From positions 1 through 43,345 of the IMG/VR virus record IMGVR_UViG_3300009678_000085: a stretch of DNA of 43,345 nucleotides. The stretch is one strand, 5' to 3'. This document shows positions 7,033 through 16,600 of the stretch, piece by piece. Every line of letters starts with the position of its first letter. Positions within the stretch are counted from its first letter, which is position 1. Origin of the DNA: a virus. Taxonomy: Duplodnaviria > Caudoviricetes. A program made the position numbers and the translations under genes. A model generated the notes under the pieces. That model searched no databases. It had not been told where the DNA came from and worked only from the letters and a program-made list of their open reading frames with translations.

Positions 7033-8523
7033 ATGGACAACCTACCGAAACCATTACCCGAGAACATGACGCTCAGAGCGATCCGTCGAGCGATCAACGA
7101 CATAGCGAAAGGAAGAAGCAAAAGGATCATCGACGGCAGCCATCTCCTCACCGTAGCCTACGGCGAGTCAAAGGGATGCAACAACTATTGGGCAGCTAAG
7201 GATCAATACAACAAGCTGGTCAAATCACAGGGAACTACATGGCCCGATGCCATCCCTCTCGTGGATCAGCTTGTTAACAAGCTTGGGCCGAACTGGCCCC
7301 TCTCTTCTGGCCAGAAGGGGAGGGGATCACAGCGGACCCAAGGGTCGGCCCAGCATAGGAAGTGCGATCAGGGGTCTACCAGCAGTACCGGCGAGACTTT
7401 CTATCGCACGACCCCGCGCTCTGGAAACAGGGCATATGGGACGGCAAAGCCTAGTCGCAACCCTGCACTGGGGGAAGCAACGCTCCCAGATGGGAAGTCA
7501 CTGGGGATTGGCGCCAAGACGGGGGCGGTGTCTGGCAGCACAGAAGGGGGTGGGTCCACGGCCCGTGTGCCCTCGGGTGAATCGGACAAACCGTGCGCCC
7601 ACACTCACTGTGACTGTCACGCACCGCTGCCGCCACAACCTGAGATGTTCCGCGAGCTAGAGCACCGGAGTCAGAAGATACATGCTCCGATACCCAGGAA
7701 GAAGGGGAAAGAAGGCAAGCAAGAGGAACAGAAAGACCCTGGCTGGGGGCCACTCAAGTCACCGTACATTCCCAAGGCTGGGAACTACGGCAGAGTTGGT
7801 GACTACCACATCATGCAGCCCAGAGTGGTAGGGCTGACCAACTCTCACCGCAAGATGATGCATCTCCTGCGTAGGCTGTTCGACTTCGGGCTGGGTAGGC
7901 AGTCTGCCAGGTGGGACGGAGAGGCGATAGTCAAAGAGCTAGTCACTAAGCGCATGAGAATTCAGCAGTGCAGGAGGGAGGAGCTGGATCATCCGACCAT
8001 CATCCTCGCACCTGACATGTCGGGCTCATGCGCCCACATCAACGGGTTCCTGACCGAGGCATGCGAGGCACTCTCGGCTATGGACCCTCGCATCCTGACC
8101 ATCCAGCATGGGGGCGGGAACTCAGAGGGTTACCCCCATGTCCTGATCGGCAAGCTAGCCATCAAGGCAGCGCAGATTCTAGATAACACCGCTACTCCAA
8201 ACCTGCCGTGGGGGAGATTGATAGAGCTACTCGATGCCAAGTACATCCTCTTCATGGGCGATGACCACGGCCATGAAGGGATCATCAACTGTGGGAGTCA
8301 CAGTCCGAAGCAGGTTATCTGGGTCAACGCTACCGATGGCTGCGTACCATCCAAAGAGAGCGTCGAGAGGCTGGGCAAGCTCTACTTCGAGGACGTGGCT
8401 CGAAGCTTCCCCTGGCACAACTTCAGTATGCACGAGCTTGCCGATACCCAGAAGCTCGGCGAGGCAATCATTCAGGCTCTGGATCGGTGCCTTCAACGGG
8501 CTGTTCTAGAGCGTCCCTCTTAG
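7033..8523 (+). CDS. vWA (MIDAS) domain protein, MoxR partner
   Basis: IILAPDMSGSC (DxSxS), ILFMGDDHG, VIWVN; long low-complexity linker. Confidence 0.75.
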   Translation: MDNLPKPLPENMTLRAIRRAINDIAKGRSKRIIDGSHLLTVAYGESKGCNNYWAAKDQYNKLVKSQGTTWPDAIPLVDQLVNKLGPNWPLSSGQKGRGSQRTQGSAQHRKCDQGSTSSTGETFYRTTPRSGNRAYGTAKPSRNPALGEATLPDGKSLGIGAKTGAVSGSTEGGGSTARVPSGESDKPCAHTHCDCHAPLPPQPEMFRELEHRSQKIHAPIPRKKGKEGKQEEQKDPGWGPLKSPYIPKAGNYGRVGDYHIMQPRVVGLTNSHRKMMHLLRRLFDFGLGRQSARWDGEAIVKELVTKRMRIQQCRREELDHPTIILAPDMSGSCAHINGFLTEACEALSAMDPRILTIQHGGGNSEGYPHVLIGKLAIKAAQILDNTATPNLPWGRLIELLDAKYILFMGDDHGHEGIINCGSHSPKQVIWVNATDGCVPSKESVERLGKLYFEDVARSFPWHNFSMHELADTQKLGEAIIQALDRCLQRAVLERPS

Positions 8524-9055
8524 CCTTCAAGGCGTTCTGTAGTCGCTCACGCTTTACCTTGATGGCGAACTCTAACTGACGAAGCTCTTCTACTTCGTCG
8601 GTCGGTGAGAAGGTGCCGGGATCATGGTAGTCATTGGAGGCTTCTGCCCACAGTTTGGCCTTCTCTGCCATGACCCCGGCAATCACCGACAGATCACGCG
8701 CTCCAACCTCCACACGTATCACTTCCCCATCTCTGCTAATCCGCTGCTCGCCTGTTTCAATCCTACTCTTTAGTTCCTTAACAGCTATATCGAAGATCCG
8801 ACCAGCGCGGAGGCTTCGTCCTCTGGATAGGTCGCGCTTCACACGCGAGACTACATCCGATGCCTCGGGTCTACCGAGCCATGTACGGATGGTATCCTCT
8901 GGAATCCTCGTTAGCATTGCTGCTTCCCTGACATCGCCACAGGCAGCATATGCAGCGAGAGCAGCCTCTCTCGCCTCGGGGGACCATCGTGCCCCAGGCC
9001 GGTCGGTGATGATGGCAGCGGGTCGTCCGTTCTTCGTGACGATCTTGTCTTCCAT
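8468..9055 (-). CDS. HTH protein, putative terminase small subunit-like
   Basis: N-terminal HTH (WSPEAREAA..VREAAMLTRIPEDTIRTWL), then helices and ELKSRIETGE..VEVGARDL. Confidence 0.5.
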   Translation of the reverse strand: MEDKIVTKNGRPAAIITDRPGARWSPEAREAALAAYAACGDVREAAMLTRIPEDTIRTWLGRPEASDVVSRVKRDLSRGRSLRAGRIFDIAVKELKSRIETGEQRISRDGEVIRVEVGARDLSVIAGVMAEKAKLWAEASNDYHDPGTFSPTDEVEELRQLEFAIKVKRERLQNALKAKRDALEQPVEGTDPEPE

Positions 9056-9096
9056 AGGTCTTGACTACCGCGATGGAAAGGGAATAGCAACCTGGG

Positions 9097-9138
9097 AGAT
9101 GAAGCACGCTAGGGGTTCAACTGAAAGATGAAGCACGC
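9097..9138 (+). repeat. 13-bp direct repeat AGATGAAGCACGC x2
   Basis: Copies at 9097..9109 and 9126..9138; the second covers the RHH start codon. Confidence 0.7.
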
Positions 9139-9331
9139 ACTGCAAGTAAGAATCCAAGAGGAAACGTACCAGAGGCTGAAGGTGATTGCCTTCCGAGATG
9201 GTCACATGAGTGTAGCCCGTGTGGTCAATGAGATGATAGAGGAAAGGTTAGGCAACGAAGGCTACAGGAATCTGGATGCTGACCCAGAGCCGGGCGAATT
9301 TGCCCGCGACGAGGAGAAGGAGAAGCGATGA
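9128..9331 (+). CDS. Ribbon-helix-helix (Arc/CopG-like) DNA-binding protein
   Basis: ALQVRIQEETYQRLKVIA..HMSVARVVNEMIEERL. Confidence 0.7.
   Translation: MKHALQVRIQEETYQRLKVIAFRDGHMSVARVVNEMIEERLGNEGYRNLDADPEPGEFARDEEKEKR
9292..9305. promoter_or_regulatory. Palindromic site 9 (1 mismatch) GGGCGAATTTGCCC
   Basis: Upstream of the RBS of the SSB-like gene. Confidence 0.7.
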
Positions 9332-9906
9332 AGGACTACGGGCTCAAGGAGGCTGCTCAGTTCGAGGACATGACCAAGTACAATGGTGATGTCCCTGATG
9401 GGCAGCACATGGCTGTCATCGTAGATGTCATCATCAAGAAGAACGACCTCGTAGAGTTCGAGGGGGACTCTCGGTACACCGACACGGTGGACATCATCTT
9501 CCAGCTTGGGCTGCCCGATCCAGAGACGGGAGAGCGGTTCCTGCTCAAGCAGAACATGACCCTGCCGAAGAACAGCCCGAAGACCCTGCACAAGTCCAAC
9601 CTCTACAAGTTGGCCTGTGACATCTTCCTCGGTGGCAACTGGCAGAAGAAGGGCATGACCCTGCCAGAAGGGCTCTACGATTCCCTCGTGGCCAAGGTCA
9701 GGTCCACCTTCATCGGGGTGCCATGCTCGATCTACACCATGCAGCGCACGTCAGCGAAGGGCTATCGCTGGATCAAGATCACCGGCTACGACAAGTGCAT
9801 GGAGCTGACGCCCCTCACCCCAGAGAACTACGAGCCCGACGAGAACGGACTGGTCATCTGCCACTCTGATGAAGAGGTAGCGAGAGCAAAGGCGGCGAAG
9901 AAATAG
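9328..9906 (+). CDS. Putative single-stranded DNA-binding (OB-fold) protein
   Basis: VPDGQHMAVIVDV..IIFQL..KSNLYKL..IGVPCSI pattern; next to an exonuclease. Confidence 0.55.
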   Translation: MKDYGLKEAAQFEDMTKYNGDVPDGQHMAVIVDVIIKKNDLVEFEGDSRYTDTVDIIFQLGLPDPETGERFLLKQNMTLPKNSPKTLHKSNLYKLACDIFLGGNWQKKGMTLPEGLYDSLVAKVRSTFIGVPCSIYTMQRTSAKGYRWIKITGYDKCMELTPLTPENYEPDENGLVICHSDEEVARAKAAKK

Positions 9907-10689
9907 ATGGAATCTAAAACGAACGAACCGTACCTTCACGAGCCTAACGCTGACTACTACACCATGCCCGATAGCGACCGTAGGATGCCCAGAGCTACGG
10001 TCATTACGGGCGTGATAGCCAAGCCTGATCTCATCAGGTGGATCGGAAAGAACGAAAGGGACACAGTTACCGCTGCTGCCCTGAAGGTCTACGAGCGGGC
10101 CTACAGGCAAGACAGGACGCTCACACCAGGGGAGTTCGAGTCTAGGTTGGCAGACGAAGTTAACATCTTTGCCAAAGACTCCAAGATGAACCGGGCACGG
10201 GACATTGGCGTTGAAGCTCACGAGTACCTGCGTGCCTACCACATGGGAGAGTCCCTGCCTGTCCCATCCGCCACAGTCTCGGTCATGGTCGACCAGGCTA
10301 CTACGTGGTGCAAGGATACGAACCTTCTTCCTGCCCCAGATGGAGTGGAGAAGAGGGTCTGGAGTATCTTTGACTGGTGGGCTGGCACCCTAGATCTCCT
10401 CTGCCAGCTAGAGCTACCAGGGCTAGGTATGGTTAACGCCGTGGTAGACTGGAAGACAGGAGCAGGGATCTACTTAGAGTATAGGTTACAGATCGCTGCA
10501 TACGGTGCTGCGCTTAAGCACATGGGCGTAACCACAGGCTGGCCTCACGGCGTCATTGTTAGGATGCCAAAGCCAGAGCACCGTAGCCAGAAGCTGGACG
10601 TGGAGATCTTGCGTCCGCAGGAGATGCAAGGCTACTACACCACCTTCCTGGCGGCACGACAACTTTACAAGCAGAGAGAAGGATATTAG
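9907..10689 (+). CDS. PD-(D/E)xK family exonuclease
   Basis: IGVEAH, EKRV..AGTLDLL..VVDWKTG..LQIAAY. Confidence 0.85.
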   Translation: MESKTNEPYLHEPNADYYTMPDSDRRMPRATVITGVIAKPDLIRWIGKNERDTVTAAALKVYERAYRQDRTLTPGEFESRLADEVNIFAKDSKMNRARDIGVEAHEYLRAYHMGESLPVPSATVSVMVDQATTWCKDTNLLPAPDGVEKRVWSIFDWWAGTLDLLCQLELPGLGMVNAVVDWKTGAGIYLEYRLQIAAYGAALKHMGVTTGWPHGVIVRMPKPEHRSQKLDVEILRPQEMQGYYTTFLAARQLYKQREGY

Positions 10690-11448
10690 ATGGGACGTAC
10701 ATACGCCGAGGCTATCGAGGGACTAAAGACATTCAACATCCACCCGGCAGCAGAGCTGTTCCCGGTGCTGAACGAGAAGGAGATCGCCGAGCTAGCTGTG
10801 TCCATCTCGGAGCATGGACTACGAGACAAGGTAGTCATCATGCCTACTGGCGAGATCCTCGATGGGAGGAATCGCATCCTTGCCCACTACATCCTGGGCT
10901 GTGAGAGCGAGCTTACCTACGAGGAGTTCACCGGGGACGATCCGTACCAGTACGTCTACGACAAGAACATTCTGCGCCGCCACCTGAAGACGAACGTGAA
11001 GGCTGCCATCGCCGCCGAGATGCTGCCGATGATCCGGGCCGATCTGGAGGCGAAGAAGATAGCTGGAGAGGTCGACTCCCACGTTCGCGCACGAGACATT
11101 GCAGCGGACATCATGGGAGTTGGTGGACGTACCGTCGGTGTAGCCGAAGAGGTGATGCTCAAAGCACCCGACCTACACGAGGAGGTGAAGGCAGGGAATC
11201 TCTCTGTCAACGCAGCACTTGAGAAGACCAAGGAAAGAAGCGATCTAACCAATGGCATACGTATCTCCAAGGAGGAGAGAACAACAGAGGGGCTGGTGGC
11301 TAAGTTCAACAAGTTCTTCGAGCAGGCATTCGATCAGTGGCCAGACTCCGTACCCATGCTGATGCTGGCTACGCAGATGTCCGTTGCGGTGGCACGGTGC
11401 GATGACCGTGACAGGGTTCTAGAGGAGGCGAAGAGGGAAGAAGCGTGA
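10690..11448 (+). CDS. ParB/Srx-like N-terminal domain + HTH protein (ParB-like 2)
   Basis: IHPAAELFP..SISEHGLRDKV..EILDGRNR..KNILRRHL; HTH RARDIAADIMGVGGRTV. Confidence 0.85.
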   Translation: MGRTYAEAIEGLKTFNIHPAAELFPVLNEKEIAELAVSISEHGLRDKVVIMPTGEILDGRNRILAHYILGCESELTYEEFTGDDPYQYVYDKNILRRHLKTNVKAAIAAEMLPMIRADLEAKKIAGEVDSHVRARDIAADIMGVGGRTVGVAEEVMLKAPDLHEEVKAGNLSVNAALEKTKERSDLTNGIRISKEERTTEGLVAKFNKFFEQAFDQWPDSVPMLMLATQMSVAVARCDDRDRVLEEAKREEA

Positions 11449-11924
11449 CAGTCACTCAGGCTCTAGCGGAGATCAAGACGATTCCTAAGCGGATCGACAA
11501 AAAGCACACCGCTATTCTACGCCACCTGGCGTACGACGCACGCCTGAAAGACCCGATATCCCAGGCGGGTGGATCTGGGCTGTACGTTCAGCGAGAGCTT
11601 CAGTCGATTCGTGATCTGGAATTGAGGCTAATCGACCTACGATTGGCCGTTCAGAAATCCAATCTCACTAGCGTTATCAAGGTAGGGAGGCGTGAGCTGT
11701 CAGTGGCAGGCTGGCTAGCCTGGAAGAAGGACGTGTCGGAGTCGATGCGTCAGCGGTTACACTCCATGTCTTTACACATCGAGGGGGCACGGCGTAACAT
11801 GGATGCCACCGTCAACATGGACGAGACATTACTCACAGCAGAGATTGAGGAGTTGGAGCGGATCATGGGTGAGCTTGATGGTCTGCTTACCATGCACAAC
11901 TCCCGTGTAGATATCGGAATGTAA
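11445..11924 (+). CDS. Helical protein, DIP1984/septicolysin-like
   Basis: MTVTQALAEIK..RI..LRLAVQKSNL..LSVAGWL..LDGLL..N pattern. Confidence 0.5.
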   Translation: MTVTQALAEIKTIPKRIDKKHTAILRHLAYDARLKDPISQAGGSGLYVQRELQSIRDLELRLIDLRLAVQKSNLTSVIKVGRRELSVAGWLAWKKDVSESMRQRLHSMSLHIEGARRNMDATVNMDETLLTAEIEELERIMGELDGLLTMHNSRVDIGM

Positions 11925-11927
11925 CCC

Positions 11928-12024
11928 ACGGTGCCGCCGGGCGCAGCGCAGTTAACTCGGCCGCCGCCCAGTGCGCCGGGCAAACTTGCCCACGGATGGT
12001 CCGTGGACCCGGCGGCACCGTCCA
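11928..12024 (+). other. Multi-branched intergenic fold closed by a perfect 14-bp stem
   Basis: ACGGTGCCGCCGGG (11928..11941) is complementary to 12008..12021; internal hairpins. Confidence 0.6.
11978..11991. promoter_or_regulatory. Palindromic site 10 GGGCAAACTTGCCC
   Basis: Intergenic, inside the folded element. Confidence 0.85.
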
Positions 12025-12040
12025 ACCTAGGAGAAAAGGA

Positions 12041-12694
12041 GTGAACACAAAGGACATGTTAAGCATCGTCAAGCGTGTGGATGCTTGGCGACAGCGAGGG
12101 CAGACGTGCAGAGCGGCAGGAGCCCTAGTGGGTGTCACCGAATGGAACTACAGGAGATACAAGGATAAGCTACAAGCTTCAGGACAGTATCGTGGTCCCT
12201 ACATGGTAGGGAGCACGATACCTAGCAAGGCTGTCGCTCAGGGCTGGCCTAACCGTAGGCTCACAAGGGGGGAGAAGGCGAAGAAGGTCGTCGAGGTAAT
12301 GCGATACATACAGGATGGAGTGGCCCGCCAGGAAGCCCTGACCCAGGCAGGCATCTCCGCGCATGCCTACGCACGATGGTGCAAGACCTGCAAGGGCACG
12401 ATCCAGAAGCTACTGAACGGAGATCAGCCCTCGGTGGTGATCGGTCCACCAGAGCAGAGAGCCAGAGGCTCCCAGCTGGGAACCGAAGGTTCCCTGGAAG
12501 AGAAGCCACACCCTGTCGTCGGGATGCTGAAAGGGAAGAAGGTAGACCCGGTGGCCAGGGGACTGCGGTGTTTCGTTGCTATAGAGCTGCCGGGGAAGAA
12601 GCGGTGCCTCTTAGTAACGGATGGGATCGGCCTGCAAGAGTACGAGCTGACAGACCAGGCAGTGGACAACATCGTCGATGCTATCGCGGGATAA
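12041..12694 (+). CDS. Putative DNA-binding protein with two HTH-like repeats
   Basis: AAGALVGVTEWNYRRYK and EALTQAGISAHAYARWCK; start GTG 12041 or ATG 12056. Confidence 0.55.
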   Translation: MNTKDMLSIVKRVDAWRQRGQTCRAAGALVGVTEWNYRRYKDKLQASGQYRGPYMVGSTIPSKAVAQGWPNRRLTRGEKAKKVVEVMRYIQDGVARQEALTQAGISAHAYARWCKTCKGTIQKLLNGDQPSVVIGPPEQRARGSQLGTEGSLEEKPHPVVGMLKGKKVDPVARGLRCFVAIELPGKKRCLLVTDGIGLQEYELTDQAVDNIVDAIAG

Positions 12695-12866
12695 GATCAT
12701 AGACGCGGTAGGTCCAATCATCATCCTACTAATCGGAGTATGCATAGGCGTAGTAGTAAGCGCCCTTGCTCATGAAAAAGTGTATGCAGTCTACTGTCCT
12801 CCTGCCCCAGAGGTAGGAGCATTAACACCATCAGACATCAAGGGGTATGCGGATGGACGAATCTGA
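12678..12866 (+). CDS. Small single-TM protein
   Basis: IIILLIGVCIGVVVSALA. Confidence 0.55.
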   Translation: MLSRDKIIDAVGPIIILLIGVCIGVVVSALAHEKVYAVYCPPAPEVGALTPSDIKGYADGRI

Positions 12867-13293
12867 GGCTGAGCAAAGGCGGCTGGAGCGAAGAAAGAAG
12901 CGTGCAGCAAACCGGGCAACCAGGGCGTTATGGCTGAACAACCTGAAGACCATGAAGGAGCAGGGCTTGTACACGAGCCGGACCTCCTCTGAGGATCTTC
13001 TCAAAGATGCGCAGCGTTACGCCCTGGAGGGGGACTATCGTCTAGCTAACCTGCTGCGCGAGCTGATCCGCACCCGTCACCTACTCGGCAAGAGGTCGAT
13101 ATCCCACCGGGCTGCCGACCTCTTCTCCAAGGGCCAGCAGTTCGCTGGCCTGGCGGAGTTCCACAACGCTGCTCGTGCCCTCATCGTCATGAGGAACCGG
13201 GCGGAGGAAGAGAGGCGTAGGCGTAGAAAGGAGAGAATCAGACGGGAGGTAGCCCAGGCACTAGCTCCTGCTTTCGAGCAGAAAGGGGACTAG
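12847..13293 (+). CDS. Basic helical hypothetical protein
   Basis: 148 aa ORF, operon packing. Confidence 0.7.
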   Translation: MRMDESEAEQRRLERRKKRAANRATRALWLNNLKTMKEQGLYTSRTSSEDLLKDAQRYALEGDYRLANLLRELIRTRHLLGKRSISHRAADLFSKGQQFAGLAEFHNAARALIVMRNRAEEERRRRRKERIRREVAQALAPAFEQKGD

Positions 13294-13324
13294 ACTTCCA
13301 AGCTCTGAATAGGCATGGTAAGCC

Positions 13325-13657
13325 ATGCACTCCTTTAGGAGGGACCGCGTAGACAAGGACCAGAAGGCAGTCATCGACCTCCTGCGCAACTGCGGCGTCA
13401 GTGTCGTAGTGATTGGCCAACCCCTGGACCTGTTGATCGGTCTAAACGGAACGACCCTTCTCGCTGAGGTCAAGTCCCTCGGTGAGAAGGGTCGTGTTGG
13501 TAAGCTAAGACCAGTGCAGGAGGAGTTCATTCAGACTTGGGGTGGCTCCCCTGTGCTGGTCTTAACCCGCCAGAACTGCTTACAGCTCGTCTTTGAAGCC
13601 TGCGGTCTTAGGGCGCCTCTGATGTCGCTAGCCGACGTTTACGCGCCCACTCGGTAA
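13325..13657 (+). CDS. VRR-NUC-like endonuclease / junction resolvase
   Basis: RVDKDQKAVIDLL..PLDLLIG..LAEVK..KLRPVQEEF..W. Confidence 0.8.
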   Translation: MHSFRRDRVDKDQKAVIDLLRNCGVSVVVIGQPLDLLIGLNGTTLLAEVKSLGEKGRVGKLRPVQEEFIQTWGGSPVLVLTRQNCLQLVFEACGLRAPLMSLADVYAPTR

Positions 13658-16600
13658 GCATAGGCGTCACTGCGCTCGACGTTGGAAAGGCCAGAGCCGA
13701 CCCGCGTAGGAGCGCCTCCTCTGGATGATTGAAAGACGCCTCCTTCGCTGTTGCCATCAGCGGCGAGAACGGACTAGAAGTAAAGCTATTAGCGAACTCG
13801 CTCACCCCCGCCTTCGCTCCCTCCCATGCCCGTCCTGGGAACGTGGATTCATCAGGTGCATTCTTGAATCCACGCATCGCTTCAACCCCTGCCGACATAG
13901 GAGCAGCCGCTGCTCCGAACGTTCCCTCAAACGCCTGCTTGCTCAGATTCATCCCCATCTCTACCGGGCCTACCGTCTTCTGATCCGACTCCGGCCCAAA
14001 GATGTTCGTGTTGCGGAGAATCTTGCCCGACACGATCGAGCGGAGAATCGCTGCCTCGTACGAGGCAGTGGTCTGGTAGACCGTAGCCCTGGCCAGGAAG
14101 GTAGCTCCAAGCTTCTGGAGTTCCTTGTCTCCACTGGTCAGGAGGTTCTTGATGTTCGCGTCCCAGGTAGAGGGCTGGCGTAGAGCATACGTCTGCCACT
14201 GGAGGCCGAGCATCCTCGGAATAGTCATCTGCGTACCAGGCGATACCTCGCCCGGTGCGTTGAAATACTGCGTATTCCTGACGAAGGACTTGTGTGTCTT
14301 CGTCATGTCATTCTCGCTAAACACACCCCGCCTAGACGCTAGGTCGCTCGGGTCCCATCCGAGTAGCTTAGCCTGCCAAGCTGCTGCCGAGCTGTTAAGG
14401 AGATCGACGTTGTTCGCCATCTCCTTCGACAAGGAAATCGCAGCCGCCACGGACCCCCAGGAATCCCTGGAGCGGAGCCGTGAATTCTCCACCCATTCGA
14501 GCGCCCTGAATCCCCACGTCTCCCGGCCTGCGCCAGAGGCCAGGAACTCTCGCGTCATGCCTGTAGTCAAGGCCCCAGACCCCTCGATGACCTCTCGGGG
14601 GGTCTTTCCTATGTGGGGGATGACTTCGTTCCGATCGTACTCTAGCTGACCGAGCTTGGCCCAATCGTCTCCAAGGAAAATGTGGATCATCTTCCTCTGA
14701 CCGAAGTTAGAGAAAGCAGAGAGGCCAAGGGCTACATCGGAAGTTAGCCCCTGCACCACTCTCGCTAGCTGCATCAGAGTCTCAGGATCATTTCGGTCAA
14801 GAAGATGCTTGGTCGTCCCCTCAAACATGGAGTAGACAGCCTTCCCCTTGGCTCCCTCTTCCTTCCGACGCTCAAGCATGCGCTCTGCGTCATCAGCTAG
14901 CCCCTCGGGCAAATCTGGGTGCGCCTTGAACAACGGCGTATCGGATTTGAGCTGTGTCACCCGGCGACTATCCCACCCGAAGTGATGACCTAGGGAAGTC
15001 TCCTCTGCGAGGCGACGCCCGTGGATAGCCAGGATTCCTTCTGGGTCTACGCTGGCAGGAGAGCTACCGAGAATCTGCCCTACCTGCCTGGAACGTGGGA
15101 AGTCGGGAAGGAAGTCCAGCATCCCCTTCCGTGGACCGCCGTCGTACGGAGCCGGACCAACCCTGGGGAGGTACTTCTTGTACCCGGCCTCGGGGAGTCC
15201 GACCTCTAGCTCGTTCAGCTTACGCAGCTTCCCCGTGACTGCATCCGTCTTCAGTTGGACTAGCCGGTTCGGGCTGTCCAGCGGATCGCCGACCGAACGC
15301 TGGACCCTACCATCCAGAGACTGCAGATCCTCGATCTCATCCTGAATCGCCTCGAAAATCGTCTTCGTATCCTGATCTACGTCTCCTTCACGTATCTTGT
15401 CGCGGGCAAGTTTGCCCTCGGGGCTATCGTAGATCGCCTCGGCAATCAGGGGGCGATCTTGCGGATGCAGTCTCTGCATCAGAGCCTTCACCCGCGTAGA
15501 GAACCGTGCCTCGTTCTGGAAGACATCCCCGCTGTTGTCCATCAGCTTGGTGACCAGGCCCTCCTCTCCGAACCTGGCCATAGCCTGCGGATTACGCACC
15601 AGCCCACCGAAGATACGAGTAGCCGGATAACCAAACTTGCTGTCTATCGTCTCGAACAAGCCAGGGCGGGTACGCAGTGGGTACGATCCAGAGCTAGTGA
15701 CTGTATAGACAGGAGAGCCATCTGGATTCGTCAGCTTACCCTGGGCAACCAGGGGGATAGCCCCTGACCCAGGGCCTGGCGCTGTTACGCTAGCCGGTGC
15801 CTCTGCCACTGGTGCTTCGTTCTTCTGTGCCCAGGGAAAGAGAAGCTTTCCCGCTCTCTCTGTAGCCTCGGGCGTATCTACCGGCTCGTCATAGGGATTC
15901 GGCTTCCGATCGAATCGGAACCACTGCTTCTCGGATGGCGGAACTTCAGTGGAGGCGGCGGGAGGAGTTACCTCGGCAGGCGGAGGGGAAGAAGTGCCTC
16001 CGCTAGTAGCGCCAAGCGTACCCCCTCCCGCGTTTCCTCTGTCGTATCTGAAAGGATCAAGGATGTCAGAGAAACCCTGCTGCCCACCAGGGCCTGCTAG
16101 CCCTGTCTTCGGTGGCTGGCGCGGTGGCTCAGAGTCTGTCTTCGGCGGCTGACGTACATTTTCAGCAAAGGACTGCAGCTCGTCCCGGTCCTTCGGTACC
16201 CACGGGTTCGCGGTCTGTGTATCTGTCCGCCTGATCCCAGGAGGGGTATTGACCCTCTCCGGTGGGATGACCGGCAAGTTCCTAGACGGTACGTCTCCTG
16301 CCCTACCTTGGCTGACAGAATAGAGGGGCCTGCCGCGTCGGTTCCGTACGAACGCTTCTGCCTCACCGAACCGCTTGAAGGTACCGAGATTCAGTTCGCT
16401 GTCAGAATACTGCCCAGGCTCACCACCGGGTCGAGTAACGTAGTACCCATCCGATCCTTTGGTAATATTGTAGTCGTCCATGGAGAAGTCCCCATGGAGA
16501 CGCCTCCCCTTCGACTCGTCTGGTGCCCACGTCTCTTGGATGTTGCTGACCGGAGCGTCTGGATCTCCCTGGTACCGGTAGGGGTTGTCCGGGTCGATGG

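Noticed and set aside
9907-10689. Cas4 / CRISPR adaptation gene
   Set aside because: The PD-(D/E)xK motifs lack the four-Cys Fe-S cluster. There are no cas neighbours or array, and the context is a normal phage SSB-exonuclease module.
3709-10690. Genome-wide TAG recoding suggested by in-frame TAG-ATG junctions
   Set aside because: Long genes are intact under the standard code, TAG ends clear genes such as portal and helicase, and no suppressor tRNA was seen.
11929-12024. Canonical tRNA gene
   Set aside because: No TTCRA T-loop, no D-loop GG and no 7-nt anticodon loop; kept only as a structured element.
12041-12694. IS3-like transposase OrfA remnant
   Set aside because: The resemblance is limited to the HTH; there is no DDE ORF or terminal inverted repeats.
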